DNA of 64,000 nucleotides from Kofleriaceae bacterium (GTDB taxonomy: Bacteria > Myxococcota_A > Polyangia > Haliangiales > Haliangiaceae): NCBI GenBank assembly GCA_965215005.1, contig CBDCCZ010000044.1, forward strand, positions 96,001 to 160,000. The letters run 5' to 3'. Within the stretch, counting starts at the first letter, position 1. Each line of letters starts with the position of its first letter. Of this stretch, positions 42,984 to 53,377 are shown piece by piece. The position numbers and the translations under genes are program-made. The notes under the pieces were generated by a model. That model saw nothing but the letters and a program-made list of their open reading frames with translations, ran no database searches and had not been told where the DNA came from.

Positions 42984-44188
42984 GGCGAAATCTCCTGTGC
43001 GCGGCCAGTTGAGCAGCGCGCTGCTTGCGACAGAGCCTGGCAAACGCGTTCCACGTCGCCTCGGGTCATGGTGGGAATCATCGGCAGGCTCAGTGCCCGC
43101 CTGTAATACGAATCGACGCCAGGGCGCGGGCGAGCTGCATCCAGCGCGCTAGCGGGGCGCTCGCGAAAAATCAGCTGCTGGGTGAGCGGCACGTAGTGAA
43201 CCTGTGTGCCGATACCCTGGGCGTGAAGCGCTTGCATCACCGTCGCGCGGTCAGTCCCGGCGGCGGCGAAGTCGATGAGGGCGATGAACAGGTGATACGC
43301 CGAGCTCCGATCGGGCCGCTCGCGCTGCCAAGAAATCAGCCCTGGATCGCACGTGTTGGCGAGCAGCTCGCGATAGTCGCGCGCGATTTGCCGGCGGCGC
43401 TCGAGCCATGCGGGCAGCTTCGCCAGTTGGCTGATTCCCAACGCGCACTGCAGATCCGAGAGTCGATGGTTACCCGCGAGCTCGGCTATCTCGTAGAACC
43501 ACGGGCCTGGCGGCTTGATGCGCATCGCCGCGGGATCACGCTCGATACCGTGGTGACGCAAGCGAGCCAGCCGAGTTGCCAGCGCAGTGTCACGCGTCGT
43601 GACCGCGCCGCCTTCGCCGGTCGTGATGTGCTTGACTGGGTGAAAGCTGAAGGTGCTGGCGTCGGCAAGGCTCGAGTCGCCACCGACCAGCGAGCCCTCG
43701 AGCTCAGCACCGAGCGCGTGCGCGGCATCTTCCACGAGCCACAGGCCGTGTTGATCGGCGATGGTGCGCAGCGCCGCCATGTCCACCGGCTGTCCTCCTA
43801 AGTGCACCGCGACGATTCCGCGGGTGCGGGGGCCGATGCAGGCGGCCACGCTACTCGGGTCGAGGTTGCCGCTGTCTGGCTCGACCTCGGCAAAACGCGC
43901 TTCGGCGCCGAGCCGCAGTGCGGCGGTGGCGGTGGCGGCAAAGGTGATCGGCGTGGTGACGATCTCATCGCCAGGGCCGAGCTCGAGGGCGCGGTAGGCG
44001 AGCTCGAGCGCATCGGTTCCAGTCGCACATGAGACGACGTGGGACGAGCCGAGAAACTGGCCCAGCGCGGCTTCGAAACGCTCTACGAGCGGCCCTTGCG
44101 TGATGAGCGGTGCGCGCAGTGCTTCGACGACCGCCGCGATGTCGTCTTCATCGATGTGTTGGCGGCCGTAAGGGAGAAACGCGCTCAT
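42980..44188 (-). CDS. pseC: UDP-4-amino-sugar transaminase
   Basis: LPYGRQHIDEDDI, EDAAHALG, SFHPVKHITTGEGG, GTQVHY; coupled to pseB. Confidence 0.88.
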   Translation of the reverse strand: MSAFLPYGRQHIDEDDIAAVVEALRAPLITQGPLVERFEAALGQFLGSSHVVSCATGTDALELAYRALELGPGDEIVTTPITFAATATAALRLGAEARFAEVEPDSGNLDPSSVAACIGPRTRGIVAVHLGGQPVDMAALRTIADQHGLWLVEDAAHALGAELEGSLVGGDSSLADASTFSFHPVKHITTGEGGAVTTRDTALATRLARLRHHGIERDPAAMRIKPPGPWFYEIAELAGNHRLSDLQCALGISQLAKLPAWLERRRQIARDYRELLANTCDPGLISWQRERPDRSSAYHLFIALIDFAAAGTDRATVMQALHAQGIGTQVHYVPLTQQLIFRERPASALDAARPRPGVDSYYRRALSLPMIPTMTRGDVERVCQALSQAARCSTGRAQEISP

Positions 44189-44348
44189 GGCTTCGCGCTG
44201 CCCTATTGCCAGAAGCGGACCAGCGCCAACCTAGCTCTAAGCGCTTGAATTGCCTCGAGTCGACCCTTTGTTCACCCGCTGTTGACGTCATTTCTGACGG
44301 CGGGGCCGGCAGCTGGAGGACGCTGCAGGCTCAGCGCGGTACGGCTTG

Positions 44349-45500
44349 CTAGCTGGCGCGGCCGGAGCGGCGTTTTGCTTCGCGAGCGATCAAATCGAGG
44401 ATGCCGTCGAAGGTGTCGCGCAGGTGCCAGGCCTTTTCGGTGAAGCTCTCGGTGGTCTCGACGAGCAGCAGGCCCTGTCCGAGCGCTTCGCGCAGCCCTT
44501 CACATTCGAGCTGCTTTTCGAGTAGCACGGCAGCGCCCTCGTAGATGCGAAAGCACGCTTCGTGATTGCCATCGTTATACAGCGGCGCGCCGAGGTTGAT
44601 CGCTTTCATGATGCTCTCGAACGTCTCTATCAGCGCTTCTTCGCTGCAGCCGTCGACCAGGTCGAGCTCCAGCGTCGGGATGTTTCGCCGAAACGGCGCG
44701 GTGGCATCGCCGGGCGGTCCAGCACCTCCGAGCGCGGAAACCGCCTCGGAGTCATCGTTATCGGCCAAGAACGTGGCCAGGGATACTCCGCGTTGGATTT
44801 GCATGAGCGGACGCAGGTAATTCGACGGCACCCCAAAGTTGAGATTCTGGCCTTCGGTGAAGATGGCCGTCGCTACTCCAATAACCTCTCCGTAGGGATT
44901 GAACAGCGGCCCACCGCTCGAGCCGTGCGAGATAGGCGCTGAGATCTGCAAGACGGTGAGGTCCTGGCTGATCGGCCGCACCGAGCTGATGAGACCATCG
45001 GAGACGGTGTAGTCGAGGACGCCCAGCGGATTGCCGATAGCGACGACGGGATCGCCCGCGGAGACTCCGTCGCTGTCACCGAGGACGAGCGAGGCAATCT
45101 CGCCTCGCGCGTTGATTTCAACGATCGCCAGGTCGCGCTCAGGGTCGACGGCGACCACCTCCTCGATCTCATACTCGTCGCCGCCGAGCGTAGTGACCTT
45201 GACCGATTGAGCGCCGCGGATGACGTGCAGGTTGGTGGCGATACGCCCGTCTCTCGACACGATGAATCCGGTCCCGACACCCTCGCGACCATCGGCGAAC
45301 ACGCTCTCGATGCGAACGATGGCGGGTTTACTGCGCTCGACGATTTCCTTGGCGGTCATGCGAGCGCGCTTGGGGGGCCGCAGTGTGCTCGAGCATCCTA
45401 TGGCAAGCACCGCCAGAGCTGCGATTGCCGCCCAGCGCCCCCGTTGCGCGTTACCAGATGGCGATGGCCATGGCGACCGAACACAGCTGTTCACTCGCAC
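44349..45500 (-). CDS. Trypsin-like (S1C) serine protease, probable lipoprotein, no PDZ
   Basis: [21 protein letters not shown] triad; LAIGC lipobox; start uncertain. Confidence 0.88.
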   Translation of the reverse strand: MRVNSCVRSPWPSPSGNAQRGRWAAIAALAVLAIGCSSTLRPPKRARMTAKEIVERSKPAIVRIESVFADGREGVGTGFIVSRDGRIATNLHVIRGAQSVKVTTLGGDEYEIEEVVAVDPERDLAIVEINARGEIASLVLGDSDGVSAGDPVVAIGNPLGVLDYTVSDGLISSVRPISQDLTVLQISAPISHGSSGGPLFNPYGEVIGVATAIFTEGQNLNFGVPSNYLRPLMQIQRGVSLATFLADNDDSEAVSALGGAGPPGDATAPFRRNIPTLELDLVDGCSEEALIETFESIMKAINLGAPLYNDGNHEACFRIYEGAAVLLEKQLECEGLREALGQGLLLVETTESFTEKAWHLRDTFDGILDLIAREAKRRSGRAS

Positions 45501-45590
45501 ATTGTAGCTCGCTTCTGAGCCATGGCATCGGGCAATGCTTTGCGCGCAAAGCGCACTGCACGCAGAGACTTACTTCGACCTACGCACGCG

Positions 45591-46154
45591 TCATTCGGGA
45601 TCCACGGCAGGATCTCGTGTTGGACCAGCCCGCAACCGCACGGTCCGCAGCGCGGAGTTCACGGCCTCGTAATAAGCCTGTGGATCGAGCCGTGGGTCGA
45701 TTCCTGATTTCAACCCAGCATCGAGCTGCTCGAAGTACAGCGTCAGTCGCACCGCTTGATCATTGGGACAGTGCTCAGGAGCGGCGCGACACGCTTGCAG
45801 TGCCCGCAACGCCAGCTCCTGGGCCTTGTCGATCTCGAGCCGTTCGGCGTGGCTGGCTGAGGTTGCGAGCAGCGCTCTCCATGCGGTCGGCGACGGGGTG
45901 GCTGCGGCGTGGCCAGCGACGCGCGCGGCCCAGTCGGTCTGTTCGGCATCCACCAGGAGCTCGGCGAGCCGAGCCGCGGCTTGCCCATCGCCGGGGTCGA
46001 CGGTGAGTCGGGTCTGATAGTAGGCAATGTCGCGAATGCGATCGCCTTCGGGAGGATACGCATGCGCGACAACGAACTGCCGATCGGGAAGGATCAGCAC
46101 CACGAGCACGGTGAGTGCGAAGGCGATGTCGGCGATGCCGACGCGAAAGCGCAT
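45591..46154 (-). CDS. Hypothetical membrane-anchored helical (TPR-like) protein
   Basis: N-terminal TM segment; helical repeats. Confidence 0.6.
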   Translation of the reverse strand: MRFRVGIADIAFALTVLVVLILPDRQFVVAHAYPPEGDRIRDIAYYQTRLTVDPGDGQAAARLAELLVDAEQTDWAARVAGHAAATPSPTAWRALLATSASHAERLEIDKAQELALRALQACRAAPEHCPNDQAVRLTLYFEQLDAGLKSGIDPRLDPQAYYEAVNSALRTVRLRAGPTRDPAVDPE

Positions 46155-46231
46155 CGCTCATTGCTAACCCATCTCGCCATTAGCGGCCAGTACGACACCG
46201 CAAGAGTCGTGACGCGTTTGCCCCGCTTCCG

Positions 46232-46293
46232 GGCGTCTCCTTCATCGACCGTTGCTTTCTAGCGGCTCACGACTTCCGCCGTGAAACCACCAG
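46232..46293 (-). repeat. Truncated, degenerate copy 3 of the 150-bp repeat
   Basis: GGCGTCTCC...AGCGGCTCACGACTTCCGCCGTGAAACCACCAG aligns with 26628..26689. Confidence 0.75.
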
Positions 46294-46569
46294 GTGCGAT
46301 GAATCCGCACGGGTGCTGATGTGCGTGTCGCTCGCTCGTCTGACGCCGCTGCACTTGTATAAGAGCAGAGCGTTCGATGTCGGCGCAAACCTCGGAAGTA
46401 ACGTGGAAAAATGCCCCGAGCCGTCCCACGGTGCCCCGGCATCCTTTCCCCGCGAGCGGCCGAGTCACGCTGTGGCGTTGTGATCCTGCCGAGTTAGTTC
46501 CGTGGTTCAGAACTTGCTGTCGGGTGCTGCTCGACCCCAACCACCGGCTAGCAGGAGGCCGCAGACAAC

Positions 46570-47217
46570 ATGGGTATCCTCAAGGGAATCTCCGAAGCGT
46601 TTCACGAGGGCGGACCGGGCATGTGGCCCATCCTCTTCACCTCTATCGTCATCATCGCGATCATCGTCGAGCGCGCCGTTTACCTGTTCAAGGCATCGGT
46701 GGATAAAGACAAGCTCCTCGCGCTGCTCAAGAGCCAAGTGATGAGCGGCAACGTGCAAGGTGCCATCAAGGTGTGTTCGGCCAATGCCACACCCATGACG
46801 CGCATCGTGCAGGCCGGGCTGATGAAGTTCAACAAGACCGATCACGAGGTCCAGGCCGCGATGGATGAAGCCGCGCTCCGCGAGCTTCCCAAGATCAATC
46901 AGCGCACGCCGTACCTGGCGATGCTCGCCAACTTCGCCGTGATGGCAGGTCTCATGGGAACCATCTACGGCATGATCAAGGCGTTCGGCTCGGTGGCGGG
47001 CGAGGACTCCTCGAACAAGGCGGCGGTGCTGGCCGAAGGTATCTCGGAGGCACTCAACTGCACCTTCTTCGGTATCGGCGTGTCGCTCCTGGGCCTGCTC
47101 GGCTTCTCGTTGCTAATGGCCAAGACCACGCGCATCACCGACGACATCAACGAAGTTGCCGTTCAGGTCGTCAACCTGGTCACCTCGCATCGCGCGCAAA
47201 TGCAGCCCGGGGCGTGA
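46570..47217 (+). CDS. aglR: TolQ/ExbB proton-channel subunit, gliding-motor type
   Basis: IVERA, EVQAAMDEAALRELP, YLAML, GISEALNCT; followed by two TolR-like genes; strong RBS AGGAGG. Confidence 0.75.
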   Translation: MGILKGISEAFHEGGPGMWPILFTSIVIIAIIVERAVYLFKASVDKDKLLALLKSQVMSGNVQGAIKVCSANATPMTRIVQAGLMKFNKTDHEVQAAMDEAALRELPKINQRTPYLAMLANFAVMAGLMGTIYGMIKAFGSVAGEDSSNKAAVLAEGISEALNCTFFGIGVSLLGLLGFSLLMAKTTRITDDINEVAVQVVNLVTSHRAQMQPGA

Positions 47218-47241
47218 GCCACCCGCTGAGGAGGCCATGGT

Positions 47242-47733
47242 ATGGGCGCATCGATAGATACAGGCGATAAAAAGAGCCTCAACGTCGAGCTCAACATCGT
47301 CCCGTTCATCGACCTGATGAGCTGCCTCACCGCGTTCTTGCTGGTGACGGCGGTGTGGACCAACGTCGCGCAGATCAACATCAAGCCCAAGGGAATCGGG
47401 CGAGATGCGGAGAAGACCCTCCAGGAGGAGGAGCCGGTTCGCGCGTCGGTGCTGCTGCAGGAGGACTCCATCTGGGTTGGCCTGAGCCGCATCAACGACT
47501 TTCGGCAGATAAAGCGCGAAGGGGAAGAGTACGACTGGGAGGCCTTCGCCGAGGTGCTAACCGAGCACAAGCAGTCGGCGTTCTTCGCCGATCGGAATGA
47601 CATCGAAATCGCCGCTGACGATAAGGTCCCGTATCAAACGATCATCACGGCGATGGACGCGGCCATTGCGGCGGGCTTTCGCGACGTCGGGCTATCGGAT
47701 CCGGAATCGCTGTCTGCGCGGCCGCAGCTCTAG
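47242..47733 (+). CDS. aglQ: TolR/ExbD subunit
   Basis: LNIVPFIDLMSCL TM with essential Asp; ADDKVPY. Confidence 0.7.
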   Translation: MGASIDTGDKKSLNVELNIVPFIDLMSCLTAFLLVTAVWTNVAQINIKPKGIGRDAEKTLQEEEPVRASVLLQEDSIWVGLSRINDFRQIKREGEEYDWEAFAEVLTEHKQSAFFADRNDIEIAADDKVPYQTIITAMDAAIAAGFRDVGLSDPESLSARPQL

Positions 47734-47742
47734 GGGGACGCG

Positions 47743-48348
47743 ATGCCAGTACACTCACCAGGTTCCAGACTCTATAGCTCTGTTCCCCTCAAGCATGTAG
47801 TGCCGAAGGGGCATGGGGGCGGCGGAGCCAACGGCAACATCGCCCTCAACTTGACTCCCTTCGTCGACATGATGACGATTTTGGTCACCTTCCTGTTGAT
47901 GGTGTTCTCCGCCTCCGGAGACATCCTGATGTCGCAGAAGGGGCTCGAGCTGCCCGAAGCCACCAACAAAGACGTCCTTCAGCGGGCGCCGGTCATCATC
48001 ATTACGCAGGATGCAATCACCTTCAATGGTGAGCACATGGCGGATGTTGAAGCGTTGATCAACGACACGACTCCGCAATGGAAGGTGGTCGAGTTGTTCG
48101 AGCGGATGAAGACCGAAAAGCGGCTCTTCACGCTCAACTTCGAAGACTTGCCCGAGTCGGAGAAGGCCCGCTGCGATCCGGGATTCGAGCAGAAGTCCGG
48201 TTTGTATTGTCTCGATGGCCTTGCGATTCTGCAGGCCGATAAGGCGGTGCCGGCCAAGGTCATCAATCGTATCCTCAAGACCGCGAACGCTGCCGGGTAC
48301 GGCAACATCATGTTCGCCGTGAATCGCCGCGCCTCTCGCAGCGGCTGA
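47743..48348 (+). CDS. aglS: Second TolR/ExbD subunit
   Basis: LNLTPFVDMMTIL, ILQADK, AGYGNIMFAV. Confidence 0.7.
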   Translation: MPVHSPGSRLYSSVPLKHVVPKGHGGGGANGNIALNLTPFVDMMTILVTFLLMVFSASGDILMSQKGLELPEATNKDVLQRAPVIIITQDAITFNGEHMADVEALINDTTPQWKVVELFERMKTEKRLFTLNFEDLPESEKARCDPGFEQKSGLYCLDGLAILQADKAVPAKVINRILKTANAAGYGNIMFAVNRRASRSG

Positions 48349-48368
48349 GTCCCACCCTAGCTCTCTTG

Positions 48369-48404
48369 CAGCGCGGCAGAAACCACTCTGCCGCGCTGTT
48401 GCTT
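48369..48404 (+). terminator. Probable intrinsic terminator of aglRQS
   Basis: CAGCGCGGCAGA/TCTGCCGCGCTG 12-bp stem, then TTGCTT. Confidence 0.55.
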
Positions 48405-48470
48405 GCAAAAATCGCGCTGGTGTAAGCTCGCCAGCGCAATCTTCGAGAACCATCAGGAAAGGAAGCGCTG

Positions 48471-50435
48471 ATGCACGTACGAGGCGCTGTCGCGCGTTGG
48501 CTGATGCACGCCGCGATCACTCTCTCGCTAACGTTGCTCGCCACCGGATGCCCCTCGGATCCGTATGCGGCGGACACGTGGATCGATAAGCTCGACGACC
48601 CCAATGAGGTCGAGCGCGCGGTAACGGAGCTCCAGCGACTGCGGGATCAAAAGGCAATTCCGCCGCTGGCCAAGACCTGGCGCAAGCACAACCGCGACGC
48701 TCGCGTCCTGAAGGTGATCATCGAGCTCGCCGAGGGGCATCCCGGAGATCCGGAGCTGAAAATCAAGCCTATCGAGCCCAAATGGGACGCGGCGGTTCCG
48801 GTACTGATGGAGGCGGTGGCGGAGTTCGACATTGGCGATCAAAAGTCCATCGAGAACGCCACGGTCGCCGCCGACGCGCTCGGCAAGTCGGGCGACCCGG
48901 AGGCGGTGCAGACGCTAATCGATGCCGCCAACAAGAAGATGCCCAAGCTGTCGCCCGGCCAGCGGGTGCGGCTGGCGGCGATCTCGGCGCTCGGCAAGTT
49001 CGGCGATAACCAACGCGCTGTCGATGCGCTGGTCAAGGTGCTGGAGGCAGATCCGGAAGAGCAGCGTATCGAGCTGTTTGGCGCCGCGGCCAATGCTCTC
49101 GCCGACGCGCAAAGTCCCAAGGCTATCGTGCCGCTGCTCAAGACCATGTACGCGATGCCGCCGCTCTATCAGCAAACCCGGCGGGCGCTAATTGCTATCG
49201 GCAAGCCGGCAGTCGCCGAGGTCATCAAGGTGTTCAAGAACGAGCATCCCGAGCTGACGGCGCTGGCCAAGGAGCTCAAGTTCAACGTCAACTGTGGCAG
49301 CGGAATGGGGCCCGATACCTCGTGCATCGCGCCGACCAATCTCGAGTTCAAAGCGGCCACGCTGCTCGGCGACATGCAGGCGCGCGAGGCGCTCGATGCG
49401 CTGCATGCGGAGCTCGACAAGCGCGGCCTGCCCGCCTTCTTCGATCCCAACACGGGGCCTGGACCCACGCAGCACGCCGCGGTGCTCGATGCGCTTCGCA
49501 AGCTCAACGACCCATCCTCGGCTGCCAAGGTGTGGGCCTACGCTGGCAAAGCCTCGGACTCGAGCATTAAAGCCATGGCGACCGATGTGTATTCGTTCGT
49601 CGCGCGATCGCCTGACGATGCGGCGATGAAGCAGCTCGCGGCTTCACTCGGCGATACCAGTGGTGCCAATTTCCCACTGGCAGTGGCCTCCGGCGTTGCT
49701 TACGGTCGGCTTGTCACCAAAGAGGATCAGCTCGCGCCCATTCGGGCGGTGGTGGTCAAGTTCGACAAGGCCGCCGATGAAGCCGACGCCAAGGCAAAGC
49801 CGCTGGTTGCGAGCTTCGAAAAGGCTCAAAAGGACGTCGCCGAGCTGCGAGCAAAACGCGCCAATGCGGGCGGAGCGGAGCTTGCGCAGCTCGAAGCCAA
49901 GATCATCGAGGCGCAGGATGTGGTGAACGAGCGCGAGGACAGCAAGCGCGATCCGGAAAACCAATCGCTCAACCTGCGCGCCAGTCAGCGCGAGTTTCAG
50001 TACATGCTGGCGCGGGCGCTCGTGGGCATCAAGTGTGGCAGCAAGACCGAGTGCTATGCGCAGGTGCTGAGCTACACGCCAAGCGATGCCGCCGCGCTGC
50101 TCGGTAAGGATGCGCAGGACTTCAAAGACTGGCCCAAGGCGCATCAAGACGAGCTGCGCATCGCGGCTCAGGAGCGGGCGCTGCTAGAGCTTGCCAAGCT
50201 GGGAGACAAGGGGCGTCCGGCGGTCGATGAGCTGCTCAAAGTGGTTGGCTCCACCGATCGCGTGGTGCGGCAGGGGGCGATGATGGCCCTCATCCACACC
50301 GCGGAGCTGCCGTGCACTAAGTGCGTCGACACGCTCGATGCAATCATCAAGGACCAGCAAGAGCAGTCGACGCTGGTCGCCCTCACCACCGATACCCAAG
50401 CGGTGCGCAACTACTTCCTCTGGGCCGGCAAGTAG
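48471..50435 (+). CDS. HEAT-repeat lipoprotein with coiled-coil insert
   Basis: LATGC lipobox; AADALGK, AISALGK and AANALAD repeats. Confidence 0.8.
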   Translation: MHVRGAVARWLMHAAITLSLTLLATGCPSDPYAADTWIDKLDDPNEVERAVTELQRLRDQKAIPPLAKTWRKHNRDARVLKVIIELAEGHPGDPELKIKPIEPKWDAAVPVLMEAVAEFDIGDQKSIENATVAADALGKSGDPEAVQTLIDAANKKMPKLSPGQRVRLAAISALGKFGDNQRAVDALVKVLEADPEEQRIELFGAAANALADAQSPKAIVPLLKTMYAMPPLYQQTRRALIAIGKPAVAEVIKVFKNEHPELTALAKELKFNVNCGSGMGPDTSCIAPTNLEFKAATLLGDMQAREALDALHAELDKRGLPAFFDPNTGPGPTQHAAVLDALRKLNDPSSAAKVWAYAGKASDSSIKAMATDVYSFVARSPDDAAMKQLAASLGDTSGANFPLAVASGVAYGRLVTKEDQLAPIRAVVVKFDKAADEADAKAKPLVASFEKAQKDVAELRAKRANAGGAELAQLEAKIIEAQDVVNEREDSKRDPENQSLNLRASQREFQYMLARALVGIKCGSKTECYAQVLSYTPSDAAALLGKDAQDFKDWPKAHQDELRIAAQERALLELAKLGDKGRPAVDELLKVVGSTDRVVRQGAMMALIHTAELPCTKCVDTLDAIIKDQQEQSTLVALTTDTQAVRNYFLWAGK

Positions 50436-50459
50436 AGCTGCTAAGCAGCGATTGATAGG

Positions 50460-50490
50460 AGGCCGGGCGGAGCAATCCCCCGGCCTTTTT
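50460..50490 (+). terminator. Intrinsic terminator
   Basis: AGGCCGGG...CCCGGCCT stem with T-run. Confidence 0.7.
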
Positions 50491-50592
50491 GCACGTGCGC
50501 CGCGGGAAGCGCGCGATCATGCACCGTTGCAGCGACCCGGCTGCTCCTTGCGATGGCCAAGAAGCAGCCGAGCGTGACTCATAGAGCCAACG

Positions 50593-50669
<77 letters not shown>

Positions 50670-50755
50670 AGAAAGGGTTTCTATGTACTGCGGTTTTGCG
50701 GCCTCGTCGATACCGCGCAGCCACTTTTGCGCCGCTGACGCATAGCAGCGACCAT

Positions 50756-50832
<77 letters not shown>

Positions 50833-50917
50833 CAAAGGAGACGCGCGCCGATCAGACGACGTGCTGTCACCGCACAGCTCCGACAGGTGCCGACTTATCA
50901 TTTATCAAGGATCGTAA

Positions 50918-50994
<77 letters not shown>

Positions 50995-51016
50995 AAAGAA
51001 AAACGTTCCGGGTGAT

Positions 51017-51652
51017 TTACCGGGAACGCTCGGTGGTTGCAAGGCCGAAGTAGGCGATCAGTTGCGGCTTCATGCGCCGCATCGCCGCGGCGCGGTGGCT
51101 GCGGTCGTTCTTGCTGCCCAGCCCGAGCTCCGCAAAGGTGGCGCCGAGCTCGGGCACCCAGAACAGCGGGTCGTAGCCAAAGCCGCCACTGCCGCGGCCC
51201 TCGCGCAGAATCTGACCTTCGCAGGCGCCTTCGCAGACGATGACGTCGTCGCCGAGCTTGCCGCGGACGTCGGCGAGCGCCAGGGCGGAGCGGAACCGGG
51301 CGGTCCGCGGCTCGGGCGCCGAGGCCAGTGCCGCCAACAGCTTGGCGTTGTTGCTGGCATCGGTGGCGCCGGCGCCGGCGTAGCGCGCGCTCCAGACGCC
51401 GGGCGCGCCGTCGAGCGCATCGACCTCGAGCCCGCTGTCGTCGGCGAGCGCCGGCAATCCCGTGGCCGCGGAATACTCGCGCGCTTTCTTGGCAGCGTTG
51501 CCCGCAAAGGTCGTGGCGTCTTCCATGACCTCAGGCGGCATCTCGGGCAACTCGTCCAGGCTCATGATCACAACCCCGAGCTCGGCCAGAAGCTCGCGCA
51601 GCTCGGCCACCTTGCCGCGGTTGCGGGTCGCGAACAGCAGCCGGGCGGTCAC
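51017..51652 (-). CDS. rdgB: Non-canonical purine NTP pyrophosphatase
   Basis: [30 protein letters not shown]. Confidence 0.95.
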   Translation of the reverse strand: MTARLLFATRNRGKVAELRELLAELGVVIMSLDELPEMPPEVMEDATTFAGNAAKKAREYSAATGLPALADDSGLEVDALDGAPGVWSARYAGAGATDASNNAKLLAALASAPEPRTARFRSALALADVRGKLGDDVIVCEGACEGQILREGRGSGGFGYDPLFWVPELGATFAELGLGSKNDRSHRAAAMRRMKPQLIAYFGLATTERSR

Positions 51653-52368
51653 CGGCTCGCCGCCTCGATAGCGCGGCGCTGCAGCTGGCAAAGCTCGGCG
51701 ATACCAGCGGTAGCGAGGTCGAGCAGCGCGTCCAAGGCCGCGCGGTCGAATGGCTGCCGTTCAGCGGTGCCTTGCACCTCGATGAGCTTGCCGCCGGCGG
51801 TCATGACCACGTTCATGTCGACCTCGGCGCGCGAGTCTTCTTCGTAGGGCAAGTCGAGGCGCGGCTCGCCGTCGATGATTCCCACTGAAACCGCGGCGAT
51901 GGGCTCGCGCAAGACCTTCGCGGCCTCCGGTATGGCGCCAGCGCGGGTAAGCCGCTCGACAGCGAGCGCCACGGCCACGAACGCGCCGGTAATCGCCGCC
52001 ACGCGGGTGCCGCCGTCGGCGCTGAGCACATCGCAGTCGACGGTGATGGTGTGCTCGCCGAGTGCCGAGGTATCGACGCCGGCGCGCAGCGAGCGGCCGA
52101 TCAAGCGCTGAATCTCTTTGCCGCGTCCCCCGGGCGACCGTCCTGAGCGCGTGTGCGTGGCGCGCGGCAGCATCGCGTATTCTGCCGTGACCCAGCCGCG
52201 GCCCTTGCCGGCGAGGAACGGCGGGACTCCGGCTTCGACCGACGCGGCGCAGAGCACCCACGTCTCGCCGGTTTTGATGAGCGCGCTGCCCTCGGCATGC
52301 TTTTGGAAACCGCAGGTGATCTCCACCGGACGAAGCTGATCGGGACGCCTGCCATCTTTGCGAGTCAT
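51649..52368 (-). CDS. rph: Ribonuclease PH
   Basis: [40 protein letters not shown]. Confidence 0.97.
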   Translation of the reverse strand: MTRKDGRRPDQLRPVEITCGFQKHAEGSALIKTGETWVLCAASVEAGVPPFLAGKGRGWVTAEYAMLPRATHTRSGRSPGGRGKEIQRLIGRSLRAGVDTSALGEHTITVDCDVLSADGGTRVAAITGAFVAVALAVERLTRAGAIPEAAKVLREPIAAVSVGIIDGEPRLDLPYEEDSRAEVDMNVVMTAGGKLIEVQGTAERQPFDRAALDALLDLATAGIAELCQLQRRAIEAASR

Positions 52369-52481
52369 GGCCGCCGAGCCTAATGGAATGCGGCGCGAGC
52401 TGCTACCACGAGGTCCTCGCCATGCAGCTCCCCGCGGGATTGTTACTTTGCGAGCGGTTTGCCGACTTACGCCGCAACCCT

Positions 52482-53225
52482 CTAGCCGGGGGGCGGCAGC
52501 TCGAGCGAGTCGGCGATAGCTGTCGCCAACGCCGCCGCGATCGCCGCCTGCACGGTGGGCTCGAGGAGCTCGCGACCTTCCGACGGATGGTCGATGAAGC
52601 CGACCTCGACCAGCACCGCTGGCATGGTTGCTCCGAGCAGCACGTCCATCGACTCCTGACGTACCCCGCGGTCGCCGCTCGCGCCGCGCACCCGGCGGAG
52701 GGCGGCTTGAATTCTGGCCGCCAACGCCGCGGCCGGTGCTTGCGCGGCGACACGCTCGACGTCGTCTAGCAGCAGGGCGAGCTCGGGATCGAGGTCGGGC
52801 CGTGGGGCGCCGTCGGCTTGTCGCAAGGCGCGGCCATCGACCTCGATCGCCCGCGGCGTGAGGACGTACGTCTCGTAACCGCGCTGGGTGTGGGTGCGCG
52901 TGGCGTTGCCGTGTAGGCTCACGAACACGTCGGCTTGCAGCTGATTGGCCATGGCAACGCGCTGGCGCAGGGTGAGATAGCGGTCGGTCTCGCGGGTGAG
53001 GATCACGTCGGCACCGCGGGCCACTAGCGCCGCTTCGAGCCGTCTGGCCAACGCGGCGGTGAAGCGCTTCTCGTACACGTCAACCTCGGTTCCCGGAGCC
53101 CCGGTATTGGTGCCGCCGTGGCCGGGATCGATCATCACCAGGGGCCGCTCGGTGCGCGGGGATTGCGCAGCGCCCGCTGCGCCTATGCCCATCACCACTG
53201 CGAAAACCAACAGCGACGCTCGCAT
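52482..53225 (-). CDS. N-acetylmuramoyl-L-alanine amidase (Amidase_3)
   Basis: [26 protein letters not shown]; signal peptide. Confidence 0.92.
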   Translation of the reverse strand: MRASLLVFAVVMGIGAAGAAQSPRTERPLVMIDPGHGGTNTGAPGTEVDVYEKRFTAALARRLEAALVARGADVILTRETDRYLTLRQRVAMANQLQADVFVSLHGNATRTHTQRGYETYVLTPRAIEVDGRALRQADGAPRPDLDPELALLLDDVERVAAQAPAAALAARIQAALRRVRGASGDRGVRQESMDVLLGATMPAVLVEVGFIDHPSEGRELLEPTVQAAIAAALATAIADSLELPPPG

Positions 53226-53377
53226 GCCCGGGCTACGATAGCAGCTTGGGCAAGAAACCGCGGTCTTGACCCAGCTCGGCCACGTCGCTAGCGTTTCATG
53301 TTGTTCATGCTGTCACCCAAGCCTCGCCTGTTGGTCGCCTCGGTGCTGCCCGCGCGGCCACTTGCTGAGGCGCCCCA

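Noticed and set aside
26536..46293. CRISPR or classical IS interpretation of the repeats
   Set aside because: Copies are dispersed, not spaced in an array, and there are no cas genes, transposase or terminal inverted repeats.
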